A DNA stretch of 64,000 bases, taken from the NCBI GenBank assembly GCA_973895155.1, contig OZ316892.1, positions 29,022,932 through 29,086,931 of the forward strand, given 5' to 3'. Made by a program: the position numbers and the translations under genes. Shown here one piece after another: positions 11,701 through 22,216 of this stretch. Every line of letters begins with the position of its first letter. The stretch's first letter is position 1. The notes under the pieces are model-generated. The model was not told where the DNA came from. It made no database searches and saw nothing but the letters and a program-made list of their open reading frames with translations. The DNA comes from Marsupella aquatica (Eukaryota; Plantae; Marchantiophyta).

Positions 11701-11993
11701 CATTGATGACCATTTGAATCCAACACACCGAGTGAAATCAGATTCTTATGCATGCCAGGTACATACCTGACTCCGGACACTGTGCGCACAGCGCCATCAA
11801 ACATTTGAATCTTCACAGACCCAATTCCCTCAATTTGACAGGAGTGATCATTTCCCATCAGAACTGAACCGTTTGAAATAGAGTAAGAACTGAAAAACTC
11901 ACGAATGTAACAAATATGAGAAGAGCAAGCACAATCAAGAATCCACACATCATCTGCTCTCCTAGATGACGTGCACAGGGCATACCCCCGGCT
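8721..11993 (-). CDS. pol: Copia Pol (protease, GAG-pre-integrase, integrase, RT, RNase H)
   Basis: WILDCACSSH protease; WHSRLGHMS and CEHC; IHSDVWGP; LRSDNGGEY; QQNGVAERLNRT; YKARLVAKGF; LYGLKQSPRQW; LYVDDMLIA; STTEAEY; KHIDVRYHFIR. The frame is open from the gag stop. Confidence 0.96.
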   Translation of the reverse strand, partial: SRGYALCTSSRRADDVWILDCACSSHICYIREFFSSYSISNGSVLMGNDHSCQIEGIGSVKIQMFDGAVRTVSGVRYVPGMHKNLISLGVLDSNGHQWSVIDGELQVRSGETVILKGSRQKNLYVLQGNTVCGEANVTKSHEEMTQLWHSRLGHMSEKGLAILRKNGLISDLQSCKLEFCEHCILGKQHRRAFGVGTHRSKAVLEYIHSDVWGPSPTPSHSGKLYYVSFIDDYSRFVWIYFMTHKSDVLSIFKKWKAQVENQTGNTIKCLDTRVKSLRSDNGGEYTSMEFEEYCSEQGITRHLTTVYTPQQNGVAERLNRTLLERSRSMLSQSGLPQEFWAEAVNTAAYLVNLSPSSAINFKTPFEMRYKRQADYHGLVIFGSDAYALTPKQNRTKLDPTSRKCVFLGYQSGVKAYRLWDPIACKLVVSRDVSFNESRLLKEGENTQVSRTDKGKSPIPDLVEGEIGYEVHDRREGVAPIMELVPVPEEPEEFVDAGEQQVDAVELQIVPAHADQPESSARRTSGRTVRAPSRYGQWVDSSQLQEDDFTADDEGDALILEEGEPSSFHEASASKEKQKWTAAMQTEMQSLKDNKTWELVKLPKDQQVVDNKWIYKLKDNSIGGGSKVYKARLVAKGFTQEKGVDYNEVFSPVAKYSTIRLLCVLVVMFGLLLDQMDVVTAFLYGTLEEVIFMRQPLGFVKRGQEELVCRLLKSLYGLKQSPRQWNKRFDDWIRSQGFHRSVFDPCVYLKPVKNVVFGFIVLVLYVDDMLIAAKDRSEIVKLKALLSAEFKMKDLGPAKRILGMEITRDLEAGKLWLTQSSYARKVIARFNMENSKPVSTPLAPHFKLSSVFCPTDDTEKGLMSKVPYDKAVGSLMYLMTCTRPDLAMAMGKVSRYMSNPGKVHWEAVKWIIRYLKGTVDHGLLFDANAKNARSLIGYVDSDYGQDLDRRRSTTGYVFTLGGGCISWRSTLQKCIAQSTTEAEYVAAAEAAKEAIWLDRLITEMGLPQGNVKLHCDSQSALHLAVNQVMDSRVKHIDVRYHFIRQAVSDNLFELVKIDGKLNPADAFTKVIPLESFSRHRDVLQVLQLHHK

Positions 11994-13028
11994 TCATAAA
12001 ACATACTCATCATTGAGTAAATCAGCTTCTCCATCAGCCCTAGCCACATTTGCCGATGAAGTTTCCGCTGCCTTTCCCTTACAGTCTCGCTTGAAGTGTC
12101 CAACTTGGTTGCACTTCCAACATGTCACCTGCCTCCTCTGAGGGGATTTACCCTTGGACTTAGATCTGGATTTAGATCTAAACTGGGTTCTACGGTCCCC
12201 AGTTGGTCGCTGCATACTCCTCCCACGGTTAACATTGAGGGCAGCACCAGATGATGAAGGCTGTGACGTGATGTGCATCTTCTGCTGAAGATCATCACTA
12301 AGCAGAGAACTTACCACGTCATTGTATGAAATGGTATCCCTATCACGATGCAACAACACTCGTGATAGGGACTGGTAAGATGGAGGCAATGAACTAAGAA
12401 GCTGCAGAGCCTTCGTCTCATCATTCAAAGTCTCCCCAAGGTTTTCCAAGTCAACGACCATGTCGTTGAAAGCATCCACATGGTCTTGCAACTTCGTACC
12501 AGATTCCTTCATCCTGAAACTCATCAGTTTGTAGGAAGTGTAGAGCCGGTTCGACAACTCCTTGCGGTGATACTTGCTCTGCAATTCCGCAAATAAGGAC
12601 ATGCAATCCTTATGTGCACCCAACTGCTTGATGATGGGAGGCATGAGATAGAGTGTAACACACCACACTCCCTGCTCCTGCATGCGGTCCCATTGTTTCT
12701 CATCAACATCGTCTTCACGAGGGCTCAGCAGTTGGCCCATCCCTGACGCATAAAGCACTCCCTTCACCTGCTTCTCCCATAGCAAGTAGTCAGAGCGCCC
12801 ATCATACTTTGTCACTTCATACTTGGGTCCCCCAAGCTTGAAAGTCCCCATCTTCTTCTTTACCGTGAGCTCCGGTAGTAGTACTGCTTCCTCCACCACA
12901 CGCCGCACCGGTGATGGTATCGGTGTCACGTGCTCTTCCTCCTGCTCCTCTCTCTGCCCCTGAAACCTCCGCGGTGACCCTCGTGCTTCAAGTTCCACGT
13001 CTTCGAAAAACTCCTCCGAATCACTCAT
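11994..13028 (-). CDS. gag: Copia Gag (UBN2-type) with CCHC zinc knuckle
   Basis: KYDGRSDYLLWEKQV, LLSSLPPSY and CWKCNQVGHFKRDC. Ends at a TGA that is in frame with pol. Confidence 0.93.
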   Translation of the reverse strand: MSDSEEFFEDVELEARGSPRRFQGQREEQEEEHVTPIPSPVRRVVEEAVLLPELTVKKKMGTFKLGGPKYEVTKYDGRSDYLLWEKQVKGVLYASGMGQLLSPREDDVDEKQWDRMQEQGVWCVTLYLMPPIIKQLGAHKDCMSLFAELQSKYHRKELSNRLYTSYKLMSFRMKESGTKLQDHVDAFNDMVVDLENLGETLNDETKALQLLSSLPPSYQSLSRVLLHRDRDTISYNDVVSSLLSDDLQQKMHITSQPSSSGAALNVNRGRSMQRPTGDRRTQFRSKSRSKSKGKSPQRRQVTCWKCNQVGHFKRDCKGKAAETSSANVARADGEADLLNDEYVL

Positions 13029-14168
13029 ATGAGAAAGTCACAAAAAATGTTGTTTTTCACAACTTCTCAAAAAACTCGAAACTCAACACCGCCGCGTAGC
13101 CCACAAAGCTAGGAGTCCAATACTGAAAACCGAAATCAAAATCAAAATTTGACGGAAAAGTTATTCAAATTTCGGTCGAGGTGGGTAAAACCTTGGGAAA
13201 CTCCCCCGTTTTGACCACCTCAGGGAATAACCGAAATACCAAGTACAACCCGTTGTCGGAATTGCGATGTGATTGGTGCGCTGCATTGCCAACTTCAATG
13301 GCTACGACCTCGCCGAAAAATAACCAAAAAAGTTACCGTTCGGCGGATGAAATCTTTGTCGGACGGTCAAAAAATAGCTCTCTGGTTTTTTGGAATATTC
13401 TATGACCCTTGTACAGGCCCTGTGGGAATTTTGGAAGAACAATCGAGGGGCTGACATGTGTCCTCGAACCCCCAAAACCCCCTACCACCCTTCGTCTTCG
13501 AAATCTGGTCGCGCGCGCAGAAAATACACACGGCAGAATGTACCCCTCGACACCAAACGCAAGATATCTCACTCGGGTTTTGACTAAATCAAGATCCGAT
13601 TTCAGATTTGGAAACTAGACTCCGAGGCGATGAAGATCGATATAAGAAGCACCCAAAACAAGGAAAGAACGAGGGAGAAAAAAATTGGTAAAGATGACAG
13701 ATTTCTCTCAATTGCCATAGCCAATTTCGAATCAGTTTTTCAAAGAGAAAAAAATGGTACCTTGTCAACAACGAATGTTGATCAATTGCACTTGGTGCCG
13801 TCACCAAGTCCAACAAGGTAATTGATTTTGCTTAGCCTTCCTCTTTGCATCAAAGAGCCAATCCCGGACTCAAAAACAATCGTCTTGCCTCAATCTCTCC
13901 GTTGAGTCAAAACACTTGACGCTTCTCCCTCCGAGTCGATTGCCAACTTTCTTCACAAAATCCAGAACGACGAAAACTTAGATCTCTCTGCACCACGAGC
14001 TCCGTTCAACGATTTCTTCACACCGTTAGAATGCTCTTGCCCTGATCTATCCGTTGAGCCCATAAACTCCAAGTTCCATGCGATGGAACTCTGGAAAATC
14101 CACCAACACTCAACGCTGGAAAAACCGTCATGAAATCCCGTCACGAACACACGTCACCTCCCAAGCAT

Positions 14169-14180
14169 GCTCTGATACCA
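14169..14180 (-). other. Primer binding site (tRNA-iMet)
   Basis: Minus strand reads TGGTATCAGAGC, 2 nt after the 5' LTR. Confidence 0.95.
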
Positions 14181-14182
14181 AT

Positions 14183-14657
14183 TGTTGAGCATAGACGATG
14201 ATCGCAACGGCAAGCCCATGAACCATCCAACGCACAATAGTCGACACAAGAGATACGTGGTTCACCTCCTTGAGGCTACGTCCACGGGAACACACAAGAG
14301 AGCTTTACTGAACTCTAAGCCCGTCGACTATACCGAGTCTCCACAGTGTAAGCTCTCCCTATCTCTCAAGTGGCTCCATAACAATGAGCCTTGGTTCTAC
14401 CTCTCCAAGCACACATGCCTCTTATGATATAGTGTGCAACTTAGTTGTACCTAACCACATAGTTGTACCTAACCACATAGTTGTACCTAATCACGTAGTT
14501 GTACCTAACCACATAGTTGTACCTAATCACGTAGTTGTACCTAACCACATAGTTGTACCTAATCACGTAGTTGTACCTAACCACGTAGTTGTACCAACCC
14601 ACGTTGTTGTACCAACCACGTCATACCTAACCTAGACGTAAGAGTAAATACCCAACA
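14183..14657 (-). repeat. 5' LTR of the copia element
   Basis: Direct repeat of 8055-8529, adjacent to the PBS. Confidence 0.95.
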
Positions 14658-14942
14658 TGGTTGCATCCAAACTGCATTTCACATCTTTGTAGAACTCGTT
14701 GTCCTTCACTGCTTTTATGTATTGTTCTTTCATCCAAGACTCAAGGAAAAACTCTTGACAATTTAATCTTGTGTTCACCGCTTCTTTATTCTTATTACGC
14801 TTTGACATTGAGCAGACAAAAACTAAATGATGGTTTTCATATATTTTCTGAGGCCAGAATTTACAAATTTCTTTAACTTGTGGTCAGCTGTAACACCATT
14901 GAGAACTCATTTTCCAGTGACAACTCTAATCTCAATTTAGAA

Positions 14943-15345
14943 ATATGCACATAGAGATAACACTAAGGATATCTAATCATAATATCTTGTACCATTAAGC
15001 ACAATTCATAGAATAAAACAGCACGATGAAACTCAAGAGTGATGTAATATAATAATAGTGATATGCCCACAGAGACAACACTAAGGATGTTGATCGACAA
15101 AATGATATGAAATCTAGTCATAATATATTTTACCATTGAACGCAATTCATAGAATAAACAAGCACAATCAAACTCAAGAGTGTTGTAATATAATAATAGT
15201 GATATGCACACAACTTAGACAACACTAAGGATGTTGATTGACAAAATGATATCTAATCATAACATCTTTTACCTTTGAGCCCAATTCATAGAATAAACAA
15301 GCACAATCAAACTCAAGAGTGCTATAATATAATAATAGTGATATA
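14943..15345. repeat. Three degenerate tandem copies of a ~120-140-bp AT-rich unit
   Basis: The blocks ACACTAAGGAT, AATTCATAGAATAAA, AAACTCAAGAGT and ATATAATAATAGTGATAT each recur three times. Confidence 0.8.
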
Positions 15346-16139
15346 GCATGTTCATCCTAGAACATGTCTTTTTCTTGTAGTGATATGTAATTCATATAAT
15401 TTACTTATGATAAAAGAATACGATAGATGTAAAGTCTATGCCAAGAAAATAATATCTGTCAATTAAGGGTGAATGAGATAATACAAAAGACCATAAGTAC
15501 ATATGCAAAGAAAAACACATAATGACCTTGAAAGTACAAAGGTACTGAATAGTTGTGCACATAAGATACAATTTATTAATTGCTTCTAGATAATGATAGT
15601 TAACTCAATTAATAAAACCATAAATTTTGTAAAGGAAACCATGAGAGTAAGTAAGTATGCCAGATGTGCACCTTGTTCTACATCATTTCTCTCACTCTCA
15701 CGAGAAAAAATAGAATTCACTAAGGAGTGATTGAAAAGAAAAGATTAAAGATTTATGAGGGAAGCCAAAATAAATTCAAAATACTCAAGTTAATTAAAAT
15801 TAAAAGGGGTTTAAAAGTTAATTAAAAATGTAATTAATACATGATTCACCTTGTTAAGGCACATTAAATCAAAATACTGGACAAAAAATCTGAATAAGAC
15901 AAATCATGAAAGTTGGATTCATCATATAGCACGCTCATCTCGACCAGTTCATCGAATGGCCACACAAGGCCGGACATGGCTTGTAGACTTTGGTAAAATG
16001 CATGTGTTTGCAATGCATGTTTGCCCAATAACGATTATATCCTTAAATTCAAGGTAGAGATTGATTACTTATTGGCTAGGGAAAAACCCAGATTTGGCAT
16101 TGATGGAAATCATAACAAGACCCCCACTTGTGTATACCA

Positions 16140-16271
16140 AGTAGCCCCTTGGCTGGTTTTTTCTTGGGGCCCTTTCCCCTCTTTTCCTCCCCTTCGTTGG
16201 GTTGCTTTGCCTTTGGGATCTTGTCTCCCGTTTGGCTTTTTGCCCTTGAATGGGCAGTGTGATATATATAC
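16140..16271 (+). repeat. Dispersed short repeat resembling a retroposon 3' end; related copies at ~40825-40920 and ~47850-47970
   Basis: TGGGATCYTGTCTCCCG...TTTGGC...GGCAGTGTGATATA is shared with the 40.9-kb copy; the 47.9-kb copy shares only the T-rich tract and a GGCAGTTTGATATATA end. Confidence 0.5.
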
Positions 16272-17578
16272 CTCCATCCCAACCACTACTTGCACCCGCA
16301 TCAAGTCAAACTTTTCAGTTACATGGTCCCCATTGATCAAATGTTTGTCCCTCAGGTTAACCACCCTTGTGGATTCAGCCTGTCACCTCCTCAAGGCCAA
16401 GCATGAGTTACACTATATGTTTTCAAGTACTATTTGTGCATCCTTTGCTAGTGAGGGAAAAATGATGTAAATTGCAAAGGATGCACAAATAGACATACTG
16501 CTGAAACTTTCTAATCAAATAAATATCTTCTCATAGGGCAGAATGTTTAAAGAGAAAAAGCTAATACAATTAACTATGTACACACTTATAATAGAAAATG
16601 ATTCAAAGGATTGGAAGTACCAAATAGGTTTCATGTAGTTCACCCATTTGACATGCAGCCCATCCGCAACTTGCTTGCATTTCATGAAACTCTTCATAAC
16701 CCCTCATTGAGAGTCTTCCTTTGTATTTCACTGAAAAATGGGCCAAAACCACCTCGCTAGCTTGGCCATGGGACTCCCCTGAGTTGAATCTGTGTTTATT
16801 TGCATAGACCAAGGCTGTTGCTCCTCCTCAGTGTAGTTTTTCAATATTCACCCATTGGGTTTGCACTCAATAAGCCATCCCCTCACAAGGGGCCTTGGCC
16901 TCTACCACCCCCCCAGGGGATGGTACCCAATACATTTCTTCTTGGCATTTAGTTTGTCTTTTTCCACAAGTTGACCCAGAAATGGACCTTTGAAAGAGTC
17001 ATGGAGTTCCTCTTGCAAAAATGATTAAATGCGAGGTGTTCCAGTAAAGAACATTCCCCTCAAGTTGGAAAAGAAATTGTGGATATGATATACTATGCCA
17101 TGCTGTTTATCCCCTTGTCGAGCCAACATGTATTAACTAAAACATACTTGAAAGCATAGGTTCTTGTGTTAGGTAAGGCTCTCCATTGAAGACATTGTTT
17201 CCCCCATAGGGTTAACCTAGTGTATTCTAAAAGATATTGCATATGATCTTGCTGTAATTAAAATACTCCTATTTCATAACATAGTATTTTAATTATAAAA
17301 TTTAAATAACCAAGTTTATTAATAAAGCGTACAAAATAAATAACATTCTCTGTTTTTGTACTGTGAACACCTTATTTACTATTCTTTGTAAAACTTTGGT
17401 CAAAATAGTATGGAAATATAGAATTTGGATAGCAAGTGATTCCAAGCATTTTGTAGTTCAATCTAACAGTTTTAACAATATAATCGTGATTGAAAGCTAC
17501 TCTTCAGCACCTAGTGTCTAGAGTAAAGACTCTAGACCATGACTCTCGGGGCTCGCTGGGAATAACTGAAATTGGGGG

Positions 17579-17921
17579 TGTTAGGTATTTACTCAAGGTC
17601 TAGGGTTACGACATGTAACCGTAGTTAGACTAACCGTAGTCGGAGATGTGGTTAGGTTAACTAGGATGCACACTATATGCCAAGCGGTGTTTGCTTGGAT
17701 AAGTGGAACTTAGGCTCATTGTTACGGAGTCACTTGAGAGATGAGAAGAGCTTACACTGTGAAGACTTGGTATGGCCGACGGGCTTAGAGTTCAGAAAAG
17801 CTCTCTTATGTGTTCCCGTGGACGTAGCCTCGAGGAGGTGAACCACGTATCTCTTGTGTCGACTACTTGCACGTTGGATGTGTCATGTGCTTACCGTTGC
17901 AATTGTCATCTATGCTCAACA
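17579..17921 (+). mobile_element. Solo LTR related to the copia element, in the opposite orientation
   Basis: TGTTAGGTATTTACTC...CTATGCTCAACA matches the reverse complement of the 8055-8529 LTR with substitutions. GGGGG TSD at 17574-17578 and 17922-17926. Confidence 0.92.
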
Positions 17922-19876
17922 GGGGGTGTGGGTGGAAAATGAGGATGGGGCAGAGTATGTAAGGAGGGCTTGAATGTACTCAGGTCTATCACTTAGGCCA
18001 GTATGAAATGAAACAAGTACTGCTGTAAATAGAAGTGACACTAGAAACCTTCCCTTCAAATATAGGGCCTCAAAGATATGCAGCGTGGAGAAAGTAAGGT
18101 GATGGTTCCTTGAATACCTTTTTTAGCTTTGGTTGAACAATATTGGAGGTTTTGAAGCTGTTCTATTGTTTAGTTCTACTGTTTAGACTGATAGTTTTCC
18201 TATCAAGGAATCACTGTATGGGATCCTGCCGGCCCTTGATCAGTGGTGGTCTATGGGGGTGTGCTGCTCCTAATGTAGTATCCAAATTTCTTGTCTGGCT
18301 GCCTTTTCTGAGGCTCAGCTTTTCACCTAGTTTCGGCTTCACTGGTCCCGGCACATCTACCTTTAGTCCCATGGGTTGGCGCTCTCTTTTGAGGCCATGT
18401 ACGCTAACTAAATGAATGGAATTCTTTTGGTTTTTCAAGGGAAAAAAAAACAATATTGGAAAAGACGAATTTGCAATAGGGGAATGTACGTCCGGAAGTC
18501 ATCCATGTGCAAAACAATTAGGTACACGCTAGCTTCTTTTTCTCTAGCCCGGACTTCTCTCTCCTTTTTGACGTGCATGTCCTCAATTTCAGAAAGAGCT
18601 AGTTACACATGAAGAAAATGAGAACCGGAATCCTCGAAGATTATGGTTGCAAACCTGTAGTCGAATCAGAGTTGCATAATTGCAAAATAAGTGCAGAGGG
18701 AGGAGGGCATTCTCCCGAATAATGCCCGAGGTGCTCCCTATGTTGTGAGATGCCCAACAAATCATGGTGATTGAGTATGTGACTCTTTTTCAATCCGTAC
18801 TCCACTCTCCCATAGCTCAGCTCTACGAAGACTATCCAAGTCGTTCTCATCTTCTATCTCTTACCATCAATGGAGAAAATAGTCTAGGATCAGAACGTTA
18901 AAGACATTTTTTTGAAAGCATCCGGCAGATGTGACTTTAACAAATTTATCTAAAGCAAGGAATATGGCAGTGGAAGAAAGAAGACAGGAAGATCTCAAGC
19001 AGGGTGATCTGCGCACTTTGACAGTTCTCAATCAATTGTCAACATCAAATTGCGTGTGGCTAAAAGCGGGCGGATCTTATCACGTTACTTCCGTGATAAA
19101 TTCGCCACTTTTGGGGTGCGTTAAATGCTGTGAGGTAGAACTTCTGGTGGAAAATCTGGTTGTGAATACTGCTGAGTTACTTGTGTGTGCAATTTACTGT
19201 GAATTGACTTGTAATTGAGACTTTATGTACAATGTTTTGTGTTTGCGTGCTTTTCCGCATATAACTGTGGTTGCCACTTTTGGTGCTTTTTGCTCGTGGA
19301 GCACTACGAAACTGGTACAGAGAGATAATTACGAAACCTTGACGGAGTCGAATGAGCAAATTGTCCCAGTCACGCCGCTCTAAGTTTAGCGTCCACGAGT
19401 GCAAGCCCAGCTCTGTAGTATAGATGTCAGTGTACTCGTCTCTGGTCTCCCTGGAATTGCTTGGCCGGCGGAATGGCTTCCCCAATCGTCGATGTTCTTG
19501 ATGGGCCTTGTGCGGGCTTCTCTTAACCATAGGATCGAATTGAATTTGGTTCTTTAGATTGAAGAACCACCAGGGATAACAACGGAGTGACCACGACCAG
19601 TGGAGGGCTCACAACTATAGTACCGTAATGCCTGAGCTCCTGACTTCGTGGCACATTTCCAGCTCTTTCGGCAAATCTTTGTGTTTAAGGGTCGTCCATT
19701 GGAGGCCAGGATTCTCTTCGGGGTCTGGTTGAATGCTTCTTGGGCATGTAATAGTACCTAATATGCAATTTGCATTTCAAGGTTCTCACAAATAGTGCTC
19801 CAGTACGTGGTTATTCCATCGATCTTAATGAATAACAATTGAATCTTACAGTAAGAAACTTGCTCAGTAGTCGTAG

Positions 19877-20090
19877 TGGGCTGGTTCACCCACATTTAAT
19901 ATTACTAGCAGAAGCTCTGTGTCTGTCATCTATGTCCTCTTGGCCCTTGGGGTGGACTGGCTCACCCACATTTAATTTTTCTAGCAGAAGCTCTGTTTGT
20001 CTATTTATCAATAGTCCTCTTTGCCCTTGGGCTGGACTGGTTCACCCACCCTATTTGAATATTGCTAGCAGAAGCTCTGTTTGTCATCTT
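19877..20090. repeat. Three degenerate tandem copies of a ~75-bp unit
   Basis: CTGGYTCACCCAC...CTAGCAGAAGCTCTGT recurs three times. Confidence 0.75.
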
Positions 20091-22216
20091 TCAATATATT
20101 GGGTGTGGATTAGGAATAACAGCTCGGGGCCAAATGCTACTATCGAGCACAAAGAGGACAAGAATGACAAACGGGAAGCTACAGTAATTGTGATGCACTC
20201 TAGCGTATATTACGAAGAGACTTGCTTGCTGCACTGTACACTACCCTGTTAGTGTTGGATGTTGGTGTTGTGGTAAGGACGGAGACTTTGATCTCAACTC
20301 AGACTGCCATGAAGGGATTCAATCCTGGGTGAAAGCAATTTCCAGTGTGAAATTCTTCGGGACTCGAAGAGAGACAACTCGAGCTATATTCCCGCACATT
20401 GTAAACCTCCATTTGACCACGGGCTGCGTTTTCGCGTGACATTCTGCTTCGAACTCCATCAGAACACCCAGACGAGCTTTCCGCCGAGAAAAATATGCAA
20501 CCACCGTGAAAGATAGCCTGGCTGGAGCCCTGAGTCTTTGAGGTTGAAATTTCTCGCCTCCGCCACCACCGATCATGTCCTGAGACTCAAATCAACCTTC
20601 ACCACCCGAATTTACACCAACCACAAACAACATAAAATTCTAGGGGACTGCAAGATCGGCACTAATCCACTGAATGCACTTATCCACCGCGCACTTATGG
20701 TGGAGGATTGTATATATGTCACGGCACTCAACAGTTTCCCAGGTTTGACGTGAAAGTCTCTCGTTCGCCTGTCCCGAATCACAAGGCACACAAGGGCAAG
20801 GATGGAGTAATCAGGGCCAGCTTGACGTCACATGAGTACAATACTGTAATTCATTAATTGGCATGATTGCAGCATGAGAGGGCTATTGGATTTCGATTGT
20901 TGACCAATAACCGTGGTGTGTGACTCTTTAATTTAAGGTGAGATTGAGGTATCATTTATAAAAAAAAAATTATTGGAATGCTTGATTTGGCAACGAGTAT
21001 TATATCAAAAATTCTGCTAACACCTGTTATTGAGTGAGCTAGCAATGCGTTTAATGGACCGAATTGTTGCTACAGCTGACTGCAAAATTTGATTGGATTG
21101 AATTTTAAGTTCAGATGATTTATTTTATGTATATATCATGAGCTTGTTTGACACACTTTGTGTTGCTTGAGCTGCGAGTCTATTATGGAGAAATTCTTCT
21201 TGACAAACTTAACTATGTGATGCGTTCATTCACTCTTGCTCAAACTCTACTACACGCAGTTTCCTTCTCAAAGAGAATTGGGGGGTAATGTTTGACATGT
21301 GGGAATGCACCAAACAAAGATCCCACTGCATGTACTGCTCCTGAAATTACTGTACGGTCCTACTGTCACACGACTTGCATTGACAGTAGCAATTCACCCT
21401 CAATGGCAGGAGATGCCATGAAAAACTGCGGCCAAAATCTCTTTACCAGTCAAAGGTGAACTGGGTGGGAGATGAAAACGACGCATTTCTCCAATAAAAC
21501 GTGCATGTGCTGTGAAGAGGACACGGTCCCCCTGTTGTATTGTGTCATCTACCACTTTCCATTCATTTGTTATTCAGGCACGCGCTTCCTTCAACTTGCA
21601 CAACTACATTATCAGGACTTTTTACGTGTTACATGAAGACGTTAAGCCCGACGTCTCCTTGCTGCTAAAGAAAGGCGACATACTCGACGTGAATGACGGC
21701 ACGTTTTGTACGAAGTAACAAAGGTTACAGTTTACATCGTCCAAAACTACGTTACATACGTCAGTCCATACTACGTTACATATTAACGTCGTAAATAAAG
21801 ACGTTATTCTGGACGCAGATTGAACAGGGAAATCAGCTGATAACATCGTTTAAAACGACGTTAATTTCAGATTACGTAGTTTGTGACTTTGTTAATGATG
21901 AGTCTGTCCAGGACGTATGAGTAGTTAGTCGTGTGAGGCTTGGTAAAAATGGTGTTAACGAGAACGTTTGAAAATAGTACCAAGAATGGAGAGACGTGAA
22001 TGGAGTGCCGTTTGTGGTAAACATTAATCTTGTATGGAACATCCTTCCAGGCTACCTTAGTTGGGTGGGCTTTAGGTTTAGGTTCATATACACACGGAAT
22101 ACACATAAATAGACATATGAAGTCCGGAATGCCACTATAAATGGGTGGTGTCAAAAGTTTGTGCCAAAAATGTACAAAATGCAGGTGGACGTCCACCTAG
22201 TCATGCATGGTATACC

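Larger units (their letters stand above)
8055..14657 (-). mobile_element. Full-length Ty1/copia LTR retrotransposon, recently inserted
   Basis: Two 475-bp TG...CA LTRs that appear identical. TSD TGGTT at 8050-8054 and 14658-14662. tRNA-iMet PBS, PPT, and domain order gag-PR-INT-RT-RH. Confidence 0.97.

Noticed and set aside
18143-20753. Several short ORFs suggesting a degraded gene
   Set aside because: No consistent frame, splice structure or family motif could be supported.
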